IMG/VR virus record: IMGVR_UViG_3300032293_001730
Span: 1 to 64,000 of that record
Direction: 5' to 3' (one strand)
DNA length: 64,000 nucleotides
Source of the DNA: a virus
Shown: piece by piece, positions 11,601 to 18,654 of the stretch
Layout of the letters: every line of letters begins with the position of its first letter
How positions within the stretch are numbered: the first letter of the stretch is position 1
Position numbers and translations under genes: made by a program
The notes under the pieces: model-generated
Seen by the model: only the letters and a program-made list of their open reading frames with translations
What the model was told of the DNA's origin: nothing
The model's database searches: none

Positions 11601-12315
11601 GCACTGGTCCGCGATGGGCGTCGCCACTGGCGAGGGATTTCAGGACGACGAGAAGCAGTTCGCGAAATCCGGCACTGCCGTGAAGGCTGTCGAGGCTTCG
11701 AGAAACATTTCCAAAGGCCGCGACGGCAATGTCCTGCATATGGCGGGGTTCTTTGTTCATCCAGACTTCCAGGGCAAGGGCCTCGCCCTGGAGTCCGTCT
11801 CGAAGTCGGTGTCCTCTGGTGCCGTCCGTCTCGTGATGGAGGCGGAGCGGTTTGATACTGCGAACCCAAACATGAGGATGACTGGGTACCACGTCTGGCC
11901 GAAGTACGGATACGACGCGCCGATCGCCGACGTAGCCAGGGCTCTCCGATCGGGCAGCATTCCTGAGCAGTTTGCAAAGGCCAAGTCCCTCCTCGACATC
12001 TACGCGATGCCCGGTGGACGCGAGTGGTGGAGAGAGAACGGCGGCGCGATCAAGCTCACGTTCGACGCCCGCCCGCGAAGCAAGAGCCGAGAAGCTCTGA
12101 TAAAATTCCAGGATCGGACAAAGGAGCGTCGCAGCATGCCGGCACCAGATAGCTCGCGTCGTGGCATCGACTGCGACAACGATCCGATCCTGGACGAAGT
12201 CTGGGACGAGATTCAGGAGAACGGCCTCAGCGGCGAAGCCCCGAGTCAGGAAGACTGGGACCGCTGGGACAAAGAAGACCAGGAGGCCAAGGATGGCAAA
12301 GCCCGAGAAGTATAG
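5605..12315 (+). CDS. Large polyvalent head-associated protein (~2,236 aa): GNAT-like module, HhH-glycosylase-like module, four paralogous GNAT-like modules
   Basis: ATGA overlap with the portal stop. Modules are separated by six Cys tags. Motifs: LDCYEGHLTTLYSQLGF..YAPPDW; GPKFG.FF.N...TADIW; four copies of GY.xWP.xG[FY]D..[IL]...G..[WY]W. Domain names are by recognition only. Confidence 0.75.
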   Translation: MSKASERATELIEEIKKAAGIGDGLVEWWAEDADRVNKMAEKARKFAAKVTKAGKEGRAYCPTGKGGGVDNSCGAKQMMAPDKDGGGGAGGGKPDESKKSEPLTPQNIPQVNFRTSEVSHSEFMASRDKSTRKHNFSEISEEKFAESQIFLSSDGTAGCLVDKDGDLGNVFNNDGPKRAGSAAVIEAIKSGAKTLDCYEGHLTTLYSQLGFVPVAKLRFVDEYAPPDWDYEKNKRPDVVVMAYQGGDRQTIQSRAGTFPPYTALPDSEYTDDFDAAKRTARLASDSHEGRRSVRRDADQREGRGVRPRDARLPQGSVGDRENSLESRDDCVRDPSGRFGEGNKCQEGAGTGVEGQGVPRVVVNVAQQAISSPSTARSDDGKSIVSSSVGSREDGTIYKFGGREYVSTTAAGKYLADRQAESRGPAIDSAKPLGDKDREYVAESHVAQIQAAAGRGIKPVFYTPEERQRQIDEFSRIEPRINGGRTKAGFEVSPENAEFLFRAVQALTSSNASPFANMQRTDSVLSKVFDGDGRVSTSTSFGVTGAAIKSSLSRLQGVIDTLGKRPDGSIDPAMGLDKTRDLFTGTKMRAGDFDKFFREEFKGEGPSVKSWKPGSFLVDQEVPLFCTFGPKFGCFFANNTGDSAPLTADIWATRTWGRITGELVQEAKAGKAKDHANETLRVIKGANAQQLHGVDGNQLVDSLKKMSATGEIDDTVRAWSSARLRHYASTDYSEKRGTAGKLNKLAKNIVENDTSLMGDPGSGKRRANMIDVYDSISKATGLPVAYAQDVLWQDEQDAYAALGAKTATEQGKLSFYSDQIRKIAEDQSNRIARAKKERRNESQQTTGDYDDYETGGRENLLYWEMISHLSDEQFVKILLDIEGRTSERRAFCPTGEGGGVDNSCSTDDSPGDAGEGGGGDAGGSGPEINIGDKREEIDRRLDSMGVVEDDVVSMAGGASDGTYVFMRRDHDHEGGDGLHVETTRDVAGVKGGLFSQSVIYNAGPAEDPEIVVDHKLMDVKTDVSRDPEKRHAAAREFFRIMTGSVEASIKQGVSKVTLNAAGDPRQARDGMFKGYTIWPRMGFDAPIPFHVRNKLPETLSHCRSLIDLHATPEGTRWWRDNGTDLDVQLDLTRPDSPQMQIFGKFVRHFERSRRELAVGEGLDWLSPEDTAKLEELWEEIWDDGLLDDYEGESEDFSTLEKRAFCPTGEGGGIKNDCSASDGGGSSVKELDNSWEDSEEIVAVYEGKDLERRPPIEGAEKLRSLAIESPVDMKSALDEMGVSLSDAVTMCAAPSEGTTVIVSPEHPYDSMGLGTPGEESKAVAFVMTTKDVSGIKDALDSNSSLRKTSDGELVLEYHAFHASAEAQEKAAVACAKEVIGGVIKSVSLAEKSGVSEIRLDAAGSKDSEAFKGYRMWPKFGFDGVIPRKMLTRLREADLSPRAVAEKRAGKLTIQALYETKAGQKYWEDRGQEIPMWLRPGDQSTPGWERFKAYRQRLGKLAENRSFEAGDEIFSDEELKKLEELWEEFRKESGEKRGFCATGEGGGIDNSCGSDGKASPPPVEPAGLDVAMPSKNGWKSQEAVVYWDKNSLSGSVSPSKLLKAANSFTVVDGAELSGVLKNTGISLDDAIRVMASSDDDVNIIATAGDTAYAMGRMSGEGGGVASDSEFTVVSRKDVDGVTNAITVTTSMKRHESGELELKYTLLDVSPEVKENSRISIARQMMTSVTASIAAAEEVGVDTITMRAAGDASNDRYKGYRIWPRLGFDGEIPRNLVTRTWSPMKGVFNSYGDKIPDSVLSPKARQEKAGGKLTIQSLYETKEGQRWWEKYGGGMSMSLSVSDKESQGWKVYSKVRERFGKSSRDLLSAIAEAWIERRAFCPTGEGNGIDNSCSPKMAADKDGGGGGSATSSRWGGDEANWGTSSGTEIWTPGKPLFAGSESLAAIKIHKPDDIRQRIVDGLGMTVAEAVLASGPIKEAADRASITRPRLEIIPQQFGDGIEMHWSAMGVATGEGFQDDEKQFAKSGTAVKAVEASRNISKGRDGNVLHMAGFFVHPDFQGKGLALESVSKSVSSGAVRLVMEAERFDTANPNMRMTGYHVWPKYGYDAPIADVARALRSGSIPEQFAKAKSLLDIYAMPGGREWWRENGGAIKLTFDARPRSKSREALIKFQDRTKERRSMPAPDSSRRGIDCDNDPILDEVWDEIQENGLSGEAPSQEDWDRWDKEDQEAKDGKAREV
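6416..6577 (+). CDS. Nested out-of-frame small acidic helical protein (53 aa)
   Basis: ATG 6416 to TAG 6577 reads MTSTRQKELQDWRATLTKDEDQYVEMLISVKGEEYVLETLDFLKDQLETARTL with G/C-ending codons, while the host frame becomes Arg-rich and off-frame-like. Confidence 0.6.
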   Translation: MTSTRQKELQDWRATLTKDEDQYVEMLISVKGEEYVLETLDFLKDQLETARTL

Positions 12316-14536
12316 CCACATTAACTTCAAGCCCCCTTCCGGCGCCCGCCGCGAAGCGGAGTACGGCCTCAAGCTCCGCCGCGAGTACGGCCGTGGCGGC
12401 ACTGCCGTCGGCATCGCACGCGCGAGAGACTTGTCGAACGGCACCGAAGTCTCGCCTTCGACAGTGCGACGCATGAAGGCATACTTCGATCGGCATGCAT
12501 CTGACCAGCAAGGCGAGGGTTTCGATCGCGGGGATAAGGGCTGGCCCTCAAATGGCTACATCGCCGCGAAGCTCTGGGGTGGATTCCAGAGCGGCTACTC
12601 GTGGGCGAAGAAGGTCGTCGAGCAGATGAACGCCGCCGACGAGAAGGAAGGCCGATCTTATAGTCCGGATACGGTAGCCCGTAGCATCGAGAGCAAGGAG
12701 ACCGCGATGGACAATGTCGAGCGTCGGTACTTGGCGGCATCGGGCACCGAGAACGCCACGGAGGGCTCGCTCAATGTCGAGCACCGTGCCGACCCTGAGA
12801 CGGGCGAGCGTCGGACGTACCTTGTGGGGTACGCTGCGAAGTTCCGCACCGATTCGTTGCTCTTGGGGGATTTTGTCGAGCAAATTGCCCCCTCGGCGTT
12901 CGAGATCGTCGAGAAGGGGAAGGACCTCGAAGGCCGTCCCCTGGAGACTCGCGGTCTGTTCAACCACGATCCGAATCACCTCATCGGCCGCTACCCAAAC
13001 ACGATGAAGCTCGTGGTCGACAAGCTCGGACTCAAGTACGAGATTCTCTTGCCCGAGAGCCGCCAGGACATCGCCGAAATGGTGGCTCGCGGGGACCTCA
13101 AGGGAAGCAGCTTCAGTTTCATTTGCGCAGAAGGCGGGGAAAAATGGACCCGCGAAGGCGGCAAGAGCCGCCGACTTGTCACAAAAATTAAGGCGTTGCT
13201 GGACTGCGGCCCAGTGACCTACCCGGCGTACAGGGATAGCTCTGTTGCCGTTGCAAAGCGGAGCTACGAACACTTCATCGCGAGTGAGCCCACGCCTGCC
13301 GTGATGGAGCCACCGACGCCAAAGATCGACGTCAGCGAAGAGATGCGGAAGTGCCAGGAGTTCATCGCCGAGCGTCGCGGCTTCTGCCCGACGGGCCCAG
13401 GCGGCGGGATCGATAACTCGTGTGGCGGGAAGGGAGGTGGATCGTCCGAAGGCAAACCTGACGACGACACCGGCGCCGATATTTACGCCGACTCAACGCC
13501 GGCCATTGCGGGCGCGGCCACCGGCGCGGCGATAGGTGCAATCGCCGGAGTGCCCGGGGCAATTGTTGGCGGTTTCGCTGGCCTTGTGGCAGGGGCCGTC
13601 AGCGTCGACCGCTACGTCGCAAAGGTCGAGAAAGCTCTCAAGAAGTTCGGTTCTTCCGTCAAGAAAATCGATTCATTCGCAAGAACACTCGGGAAGTCAA
13701 TGTCCATCGCGGCCGGAAAGAACGGCAGCGTCGAGGCCGAGGGCGGTGGCGTCAAGCTGTCCATTCAGAAGTACAGCAAAGAAGAGGTCGGAAGCAGCCT
13801 TTCCGGTCGAGTTGCGTTTGTCGAGGGAGCAACCAACGCGATCGGCGGCAAAGGCACCGAAAGCGTCGGCCTCCTCGCGAAGACATTGATCAAGGCCGGC
13901 AGAGACCTCGGCGTCGACCACATCATGGTCGCTCTCGACACGATGGACAGACTTGAAGAAGACACGTTTGTCGACGCCGGCTTCACGCATTCGATCGCAG
14001 CCGACGACGCCACTCGCGTCACGATGATCAAGTCTTTCGGGAAGAAGTCGTCCAAGCGTTACGACGAGTTCCTCGACTTCTACCGCGAGCGTCGCGGCTT
14101 CTGTCCGACGGGCCCAGGCGGCGGCGTCGACAACTCGTGCGGCGGCAAGGGCGACTACAAGGAGTGGGACAAGGGCGACCACAAAGACAAGTCCAAGGAG
14201 AAGGACGCCCAGGAGTTTCTCGACAAGGCACGCGAAGGTCAGCTTGCCCGTGGAGGCAAGGACGGAGGCAAGGCCGACGACGGCGGTGGCGTCCAGACCT
14301 GGAGCAAGGGCGAGCATTATCCGTGGACTGCCAAGCAGGTTGGAGACAAGGACGGCTACGTCCAGGGCCAACACCCGGACGGCAGCAAGACCGAGAAGTA
14401 TGAGTTCAAGGACGGTAAGACGTCCGAGGCATACGCTAAACTTTCCGCTGAGTTGAAGAGCAAGCCGAAGAAGCGTGCCGTCGACCCACGGCAAGTCATC
14501 GACGACACGCTGAGGTTCCTCAAGGACCGCCGCTGA
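12293..14536 (+). CDS. HK97-family prohead protease with N- and C-terminal extensions
   Basis: Motifs LVGYAAKF, FVEQIAPSAF, LFNHDPN, GSSFSF, GPVTYPAY. AGGAGG precedes ATG 12293, and a second AAGGAG/ATG (12707) sits at the start of the protease domain. Two Cys tags in the C-terminal extension. Confidence 0.88.
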   Translation: MAKPEKYSHINFKPPSGARREAEYGLKLRREYGRGGTAVGIARARDLSNGTEVSPSTVRRMKAYFDRHASDQQGEGFDRGDKGWPSNGYIAAKLWGGFQSGYSWAKKVVEQMNAADEKEGRSYSPDTVARSIESKETAMDNVERRYLAASGTENATEGSLNVEHRADPETGERRTYLVGYAAKFRTDSLLLGDFVEQIAPSAFEIVEKGKDLEGRPLETRGLFNHDPNHLIGRYPNTMKLVVDKLGLKYEILLPESRQDIAEMVARGDLKGSSFSFICAEGGEKWTREGGKSRRLVTKIKALLDCGPVTYPAYRDSSVAVAKRSYEHFIASEPTPAVMEPPTPKIDVSEEMRKCQEFIAERRGFCPTGPGGGIDNSCGGKGGGSSEGKPDDDTGADIYADSTPAIAGAATGAAIGAIAGVPGAIVGGFAGLVAGAVSVDRYVAKVEKALKKFGSSVKKIDSFARTLGKSMSIAAGKNGSVEAEGGGVKLSIQKYSKEEVGSSLSGRVAFVEGATNAIGGKGTESVGLLAKTLIKAGRDLGVDHIMVALDTMDRLEEDTFVDAGFTHSIAADDATRVTMIKSFGKKSSKRYDEFLDFYRERRGFCPTGPGGGVDNSCGGKGDYKEWDKGDHKDKSKEKDAQEFLDKAREGQLARGGKDGGKADDGGGVQTWSKGEHYPWTAKQVGDKDGYVQGQHPDGSKTEKYEFKDGKTSEAYAKLSAELKSKPKKRAVDPRQVIDDTLRFLKDRR

Positions 14537-16317
14537 TGAGTCTCTCGACAGACTGCCGTATCGCAGCCCTGGTCGCCTTCTCGCAGGCCCGCGCCATGGG
14601 CACGGGAACGAACGCAGGCGGCGGTGCCATCACTGGAGCGGCAGATTGCGGCCGCGATCCGGACGGGAAGTTTGGTGCTGGCAACACCTGCGGCATCGGC
14701 ATCGGCATCAACGACTCCACCCAGGAATTCACGACGCAGATTCTTTCCGGCCAGAAGACAGTTGAGACTCGCCCTACAAACTCGCTTCGCCCTTACATCG
14801 GCAAGACGGTTGGCATCGTGCGAACTGGTAAAGGCAAGGCAACGCTCGTAGGCACGATGAAGATCGGGGAGCCGAAGTTCTATAAGTCGAAGAAGGACTT
14901 CGACGCGGATCGCAAGAAGCACCTCGTCTCTCCAGGGAGCCCGCATTACATCACTGCCGTCGGAAAGTACGGATACCCTCTTTCCGAGGTGCGTCCCGTC
15001 AAGCCGATTGAACTCGACACGAAGGGGTACGTCGGCCGGAGGATTCCGAAGTCGGTCCGAAGCGACGAACTTGAGTACGACCTCGACGGCGTGGAGATGC
15101 GAGCATTCTGTGCGACTGGCTCAGGCGGTGGCGTCGACAACTCGTGCGGCATCTCCAACAGCAAGGGCGAGCGAATCCGCAACGTCCGCACCAAGTCTGA
15201 CAAGATGCAGACGAAGGTGGCCCGCAAGCTCTACCAGATGCGTACCACGGAGAAGCAGATCAAGAAGCTGATCCGTGACCTGGGTGGCAAGGTCAGCAAC
15301 TCCATCGTGGAGATCGAGTCCACGCGAGGTGAGGAAGGCGTCAACATCTTCATCCGGGACCGCGACAACAACGAGACGCATTTCATTCACATGGGCTACT
15401 ACGGCGCAGCCATCTACACGAGCGACAAAGTCTCGAACGACGAGGCGAAGCGGATCAGAGCCGTCTCCGAGGAAGCGTTCCCGAAGACGATCGACAAGCG
15501 GCTCTACGGGCGTGGGAAGAAGTACAATATCGACGTCGTCAACGATCCCACGCAGACGAAGACGGCCTGGGACGGCCTGTCGTCGAAGCAGCGTTTCAAG
15601 GCGAAGCTCGACGCCCGCTACGCCAGCCTGCTCGCGTTCGCGGAGTCTCGTGATTGCGGGCGGGACGAGGACGGCAAATTCTCGTCAGGAAACACCTGCG
15701 GCTCCGGAGTCGCCGCCGCTGCCGCAACCGGCGCCGTCAAAGGCGCCGTCAAAGGAGCGATCACTGGCCTTCTCACTGGGGGCCCTGCCGTCGTGAAGCC
15801 GGCCGCCGCGATCGGCGCTGCCACCGGGGCCGTGAAGGGCATCTACGATAACCAAATGCGGCCGACGCGAGTGAAGAAAACGATCGAGCGGCTTGGCATG
15901 GACGTGAAGCAGGTCGGCAATCTCGTCGAGAAGCTCGGCGGCACTCCCGAATCATCTGCCGACACGAAGGGTGGCTCGCTGCGTCTTACGATCAAAGACA
16001 AGGAGGGCAAGAAGACCTTCAGTGTCGAGGTCGATAAGAAAACGATCACCGTCTACCCAAGGCGAGCCACGGGCGAACTGACAACGAAGGAAATCTCCCG
16101 AGTCAAGGAAATCGCCGACAAGTCCACGCCGAAGTCGATCTCAGTGGTTGTGAAGAAGAGTTCTTCTGCCTACGTCTCGAAGCTCGTGCGAAATGGATTC
16201 ACTGTTGCCGCCGGCAACGCCGGTGACATCTTGGTGGCGACATATCTCACTGCACCCGTTCATTCGTTCGCAAACGATGCCGTTCAGTCGGTCAAGAAAA
16301 CGTTTTCTCGAAGGTAA
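14536..16317 (+). CDS. Multi-module head-region protein with ASCH-like domain and three Cys tags
   Basis: ILSGQKTVETR is an ASCH GxKxxExR motif; tags at ~14644, 15100 and 15649. Confidence 0.7.
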   Translation: MSLSTDCRIAALVAFSQARAMGTGTNAGGGAITGAADCGRDPDGKFGAGNTCGIGIGINDSTQEFTTQILSGQKTVETRPTNSLRPYIGKTVGIVRTGKGKATLVGTMKIGEPKFYKSKKDFDADRKKHLVSPGSPHYITAVGKYGYPLSEVRPVKPIELDTKGYVGRRIPKSVRSDELEYDLDGVEMRAFCATGSGGGVDNSCGISNSKGERIRNVRTKSDKMQTKVARKLYQMRTTEKQIKKLIRDLGGKVSNSIVEIESTRGEEGVNIFIRDRDNNETHFIHMGYYGAAIYTSDKVSNDEAKRIRAVSEEAFPKTIDKRLYGRGKKYNIDVVNDPTQTKTAWDGLSSKQRFKAKLDARYASLLAFAESRDCGRDEDGKFSSGNTCGSGVAAAAATGAVKGAVKGAITGLLTGGPAVVKPAAAIGAATGAVKGIYDNQMRPTRVKKTIERLGMDVKQVGNLVEKLGGTPESSADTKGGSLRLTIKDKEGKKTFSVEVDKKTITVYPRRATGELTTKEISRVKEIADKSTPKSISVVVKKSSSAYVSKLVRNGFTVAAGNAGDILVATYLTAPVHSFANDAVQSVKKTFSRR

Positions 16318-16324
16318 GGAGCCT

Positions 16325-16516
16325 ATGTCTCTTCGTAGCGGCGATAAGTGTTCACGGTCTGGTTGTTGCGGCCGCATGGCTACCAGAAGCTCCAGGCAGA
16401 GCGGTGAGTTCCAGGTGCGGTACCTCAAGTGCCAAGTGTGTGGAGAATCAGCCCGCTCTGTCGTCTCTGCGACCGACGTGCGTTCGATTTGCTGGCGTCG
16501 AGCCCATCAAAAATAG
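16325..16516 (+). CDS. Small zinc-finger protein, Ogr/Delta-like
   Basis: AAGGAG precedes the ATG; pattern C..C.GRMATRSS...RYLKCQVCG. Confidence 0.6.
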   Translation: MSLRSGDKCSRSGCCGRMATRSSRQSGEFQVRYLKCQVCGESARSVVSATDVRSICWRRAHQK

Positions 16517-16630
16517 TGTTGTGTGGCACAACACTTTCTCTTTCTCCCTTCTTCGGGTGAGTGATCGCTCCCAAATAGTTTGAACGTGTGGCACCTGTTT
16601 GCCGCACTCACAAACTAGGAAGCGAATCAC

Positions 16631-18100
16631 ATGGAAGCCTCGTCCAAGGTCAAGCAACTGCTCGACGAACTCGCCGCCGTCCTCGCTGAGATGGGCGCCC
16701 TCCAGGATGCGGGCGGCATCGAAGACACCGAGGTCGAGCACGACGCTGCCGACAAGGCCGGCATGGAAGAGGACGAGACCAAGTCCGAGTCTCCCGAAGA
16801 GGAGTACGAGGAGGAGGAGGCCAAGGAAAAGAAGATTCGCTGCCTCTGCGAGCGTGCCGAGAAGATTCGCGACCGCATCAAGTTCTACGAGTCGGTCGCA
16901 GCGAAGGAGCTTGAGCTTCGCACCGTCCTGGACAAGGCGACCCCCGCTTCGGTGGCTGCCGTTTCTCCCACCACCCCGGCCAAGGAGGGCCGATCCGTGA
17001 CCCAGATTTATCACAACCTTCCCGGTGCCGGTCGTCTCCGTGGCTTCAAGGGCCCCAACGCCGAAGAGCGTGCTTACCGCGCTGGCATGTTCTACAAGGC
17101 CCAGCTTTTTGGTGACAAGGACGCTGCCCGCTGGTGTGCTGATCACGGCGTGATCGACAGCCGTGCGATGGGCGAAGGCGTCAATTCGCTCGGCGGAATT
17201 TTCGTAAATGAGGAAGTGCTCAATGAGGTGATCGTCCTTGTCGAGCAGTACGGTGTGTTCGCCCAGAACGCCCGCAACGTCAACATGCAGTCGGATACCC
17301 TCGTGGTGCCCCGGCGAGTTGGCGGCCTCCAGGCCTATTTTATTGGCGAGAACACGAGCATCCCGGATTCGGACGCCAGTTGGGATCGCGTGCAACTGAT
17401 CGCAAAAAAGGTGGCCGTTTCCAACAGGATTTCTTCAGAGCTTTTGCAGGACTCGGTACTCTCGTTGGGAGATTATTTGACCACCGAAACAGCGAGAGCC
17501 ATCGCGATTCTCACGGATCGCGTGGGCTTCGTTGGTACGGGCTCCGGTGAAGACGGCGGTATCGTTGGTGCTGCGACGAAGATCGCCGACGGCAGCCACA
17601 ACGGCGGCCTCGTGACGGCCGCGACCGGCAACACGTCGGCCACGACCCTCACGATCGACGACTTCGTGAACACCGCAGCCCGCTTGCCTGTGTACGCGAG
17701 GGCGCGTGCGGCATGGTACTGCTCGCCGGCCGTGTTCGCTGCCAGCGTGCAGCGTCTCGGCCTGACGAACCAGGGCAAGCTGACGGGCGGCAACAACGCC
17801 TCGAACCTCGCCGAAGCTCCCGAGATGCGTCTCCTCGGCTACCCGGTGAACTTTGTTCACACGATGCCGAGCAACCTGGGCGTCGACGCCGGCAAGGTGC
17901 AGTTCCTGCTCGGCGACCTGTCGCTCAGCACGATGTACGCGACCCGTCGCGGCCTCCAGATCAAGACCAGCGTCGATCGCTACGCTGAGCTTGACCAAAC
18001 CTTGATCGTGGCGACCACGCGCTTCGACGCGGTTACGCACGACTGCGGAGACGGCACGAAGGCTGGCCCGCTCGTCGGTCTCCGCACGGCTCTCTCCTGA
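16631..18100 (+). CDS. Major capsid protein, HK97 fold with N-terminal delta/scaffold domain
   Basis: Acidic coiled-coil N-terminus, then RAMGEGVNSLGGIFV, ISSELLQDS, LLGYPV, GDLS..Y, RFD. Confidence 0.92.
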   Translation: MEASSKVKQLLDELAAVLAEMGALQDAGGIEDTEVEHDAADKAGMEEDETKSESPEEEYEEEEAKEKKIRCLCERAEKIRDRIKFYESVAAKELELRTVLDKATPASVAAVSPTTPAKEGRSVTQIYHNLPGAGRLRGFKGPNAEERAYRAGMFYKAQLFGDKDAARWCADHGVIDSRAMGEGVNSLGGIFVNEEVLNEVIVLVEQYGVFAQNARNVNMQSDTLVVPRRVGGLQAYFIGENTSIPDSDASWDRVQLIAKKVAVSNRISSELLQDSVLSLGDYLTTETARAIAILTDRVGFVGTGSGEDGGIVGAATKIADGSHNGGLVTAATGNTSATTLTIDDFVNTAARLPVYARARAAWYCSPAVFAASVQRLGLTNQGKLTGGNNASNLAEAPEMRLLGYPVNFVHTMPSNLGVDAGKVQFLLGDLSLSTMYATRRGLQIKTSVDRYAELDQTLIVATTRFDAVTHDCGDGTKAGPLVGLRTALS

Positions 18101-18153
18101 TGTACGGACACGGTAACCCCTAACTAACAACACCTCCCTGGAGCAGTTTTGCA

Positions 18154-18585
18154 ATGAACCACCTGGAAGCCACGAAGTCCGATGCCCGCGTCTCGGCCTC
18201 GGTTGCGACGAACGCCACGCACAGCCATGAGATCGACACGATCGGCTACGAGTACCTGTCGGTCGACGTGGTCTACGGTGCCTACTCGGCTGCCACGAGC
18301 CAGTACGCAACGGTGCTGAAACTCCAGGAGAGCGACGCCTCGGGCAGCGGCCAGACGGACGTCACCGGCTTCTCGGTGACCGCCGGTGCTGGCTCGACGA
18401 CCGGTGCGAAGAACGGTGCCGTGTGCCGCTACAACGTCGACCTTCGCGGTCGCAAGCGGTACATCACCGTTGTCACGACTCCCGGCAACGCTACCCCCGT
18501 TGTGACGTCCGCTCGACTGGGCAAGGCCCACGAGTCGCCGTACAACGCCGCGACCGCCGGCGTCAACAGCTACGTTTCCGGCTGA
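18154..18585 (+). CDS. Putative head decoration protein
   Basis: Small beta-rich Ala/Thr/Gly protein directly after the capsid gene (LQESD, RKRYI). Confidence 0.55.
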   Translation: MNHLEATKSDARVSASVATNATHSHEIDTIGYEYLSVDVVYGAYSAATSQYATVLKLQESDASGSGQTDVTGFSVTAGAGSTTGAKNGAVCRYNVDLRGRKRYITVVTTPGNATPVVTSARLGKAHESPYNAATAGVNSYVSG

Positions 18586-18654
18586 GTCAAGGACGACTCA
18601 CCTGGGCATGGATGCCCAAGCCATTTTTTAGTCGGAGGGCTTGGAGCACGATGA

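Larger units (their letters stand above)
3782..15699 (+). repeat. Dispersed coding repeats: 10x R[AG][FY]C[PA]TGxG[GN]G[IV][DK]N[SD]C and 3x DC[GV]RDxxG[RK]FxxGN[TK]C
   Basis: Tag A at ~3782, 4517, 5776, 8266, 9205, 10204, 11224, 13376, 14093, 15100. Tag B at ~6583, 14644, 15649. Read from the translations and visible as ~45-bp DNA repeats. Confidence 0.95.

Noticed and set aside
3782-15699. Cys tags as mini-inteins (C...N-S/C) or as a CRISPR/DGR repeat
   Set aside because: Far too short for a HINT fold. The repeats are in-frame coding with synonymous variation and kb-scale spacing, and no cas or reverse transcriptase gene is present.
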